Positions 63,611 to 64,000 of a stretch of 64,000 nucleotides of DNA are shown piece after piece. The DNA is from Ranitomeya imitator. Its lineage: Eukaryota. The notes beneath the pieces were generated by a model. It saw nothing but the letters and a program-made list of their open reading frames with translations, did no database searches and was not told the origin of the DNA. Location: NCBI RefSeq assembly GCF_032444005.1, contig NC_091284.1, positions 151,776,001 through 151,840,000 of the forward strand. The letters run 5' to 3'. Both the position numbers and the translations under genes were made by a program. Position 1 is the stretch's first letter, and every line of letters begins with the position of its first letter.

Positions 63611-64000
63611 AAACCTTCATCGAGCCAACTTTGTGGTGTAAGGCCTACTAGCAGTGTCTGTCTGTGCCACTCAATACAGCTGTCCTCTTAAAAAAAATGA
63701 CCTGCAATTGTCAGGTTTTCAGCCTATCTGAATTTTAATACTGCAGTGGGGCTACTAGTTTGGTTGGGGCCTACTAACAATGTCTGCCGCTCCAAGGTGT
63801 TTTCCAAGTTGCCTTTCCTGACCTATCTTCAGGTTCTTGTTAAATAGTTGTTAAATGGAACAAATGCAGTGGGGCTCCAAGTTTGGTTGGGGCCTACTAA
63901 CAGTGTCTACCGCTCCAAGGTGTTCTCCTGGTTTCCTGTCCTGAAATTCCATTTTCAGGCTCTCGTTAAGTAGTTGTTATTACACTGCATTTGGCCTACT

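Larger units (their letters stand above)
54875..64000 (+). mobile_element. Large hAT element running off the right edge of the window
   Basis: Left TIR TAGGGTTGAGCGAAAC at 54875 (candidate TSD GTCAGCAG), subterminal tandem arrays and a transposase pseudogene. Confidence 0.8.

Overview
Eukaryotic, repeat-saturated genomic DNA. The repeat content looks amphibian (frog-like); that is inference and cannot be confirmed from this window. The only recognisable host gene is an STS-family arylsulfatase (ARSD/ARSL(E)/ARSF/ARSH type) on the minus strand. I traced five canonical GT-AG coding exons (37267-37142, 34155-33732, 33265-33129, 11075-10941, 2097-1935; 985 nt) that splice in frame. Its 5' exons, including the CxPSR active-site exon, and its 3' exons were not found in the window. 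Nearly everything else is transposon-derived: five near-full-length Tc1 elements (one with an intact 340-aa DD34E ORF) plus a deletion derivative, a 2.5-kb piggyBac with a non-canonical TTAT target duplication, a large decayed hAT element and several non-autonomous hATs, Tc2/pogo-like and TTAA-type MITEs, a Harbinger fragment, an L2 3' end, solo LTRs, GIY-YIG Penelope-like elements (PLEs) and many minisatellites. The most interesting signals are: (1) five hammerhead-ribozyme motifs, one inside a 356-nt terminally redundant unit that looks like an integrated circular-RNA retrozyme; (2) two head-to-head palindromic insertions (5.2 kb and 1.26 kb) with 15-16 nt target duplications and an asymmetric tail; (3) solo LTRs that appear to carry complements of both ends of a tRNA-Ser; (4) the TTAT piggyBac, which carries a textbook splice acceptor oriented sense to the host gene; (5) a templated patchwork junction inside a PLE RT. 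Coordinates were counted by eye and may be off by a few bases where marked approximate. No database searches were run.
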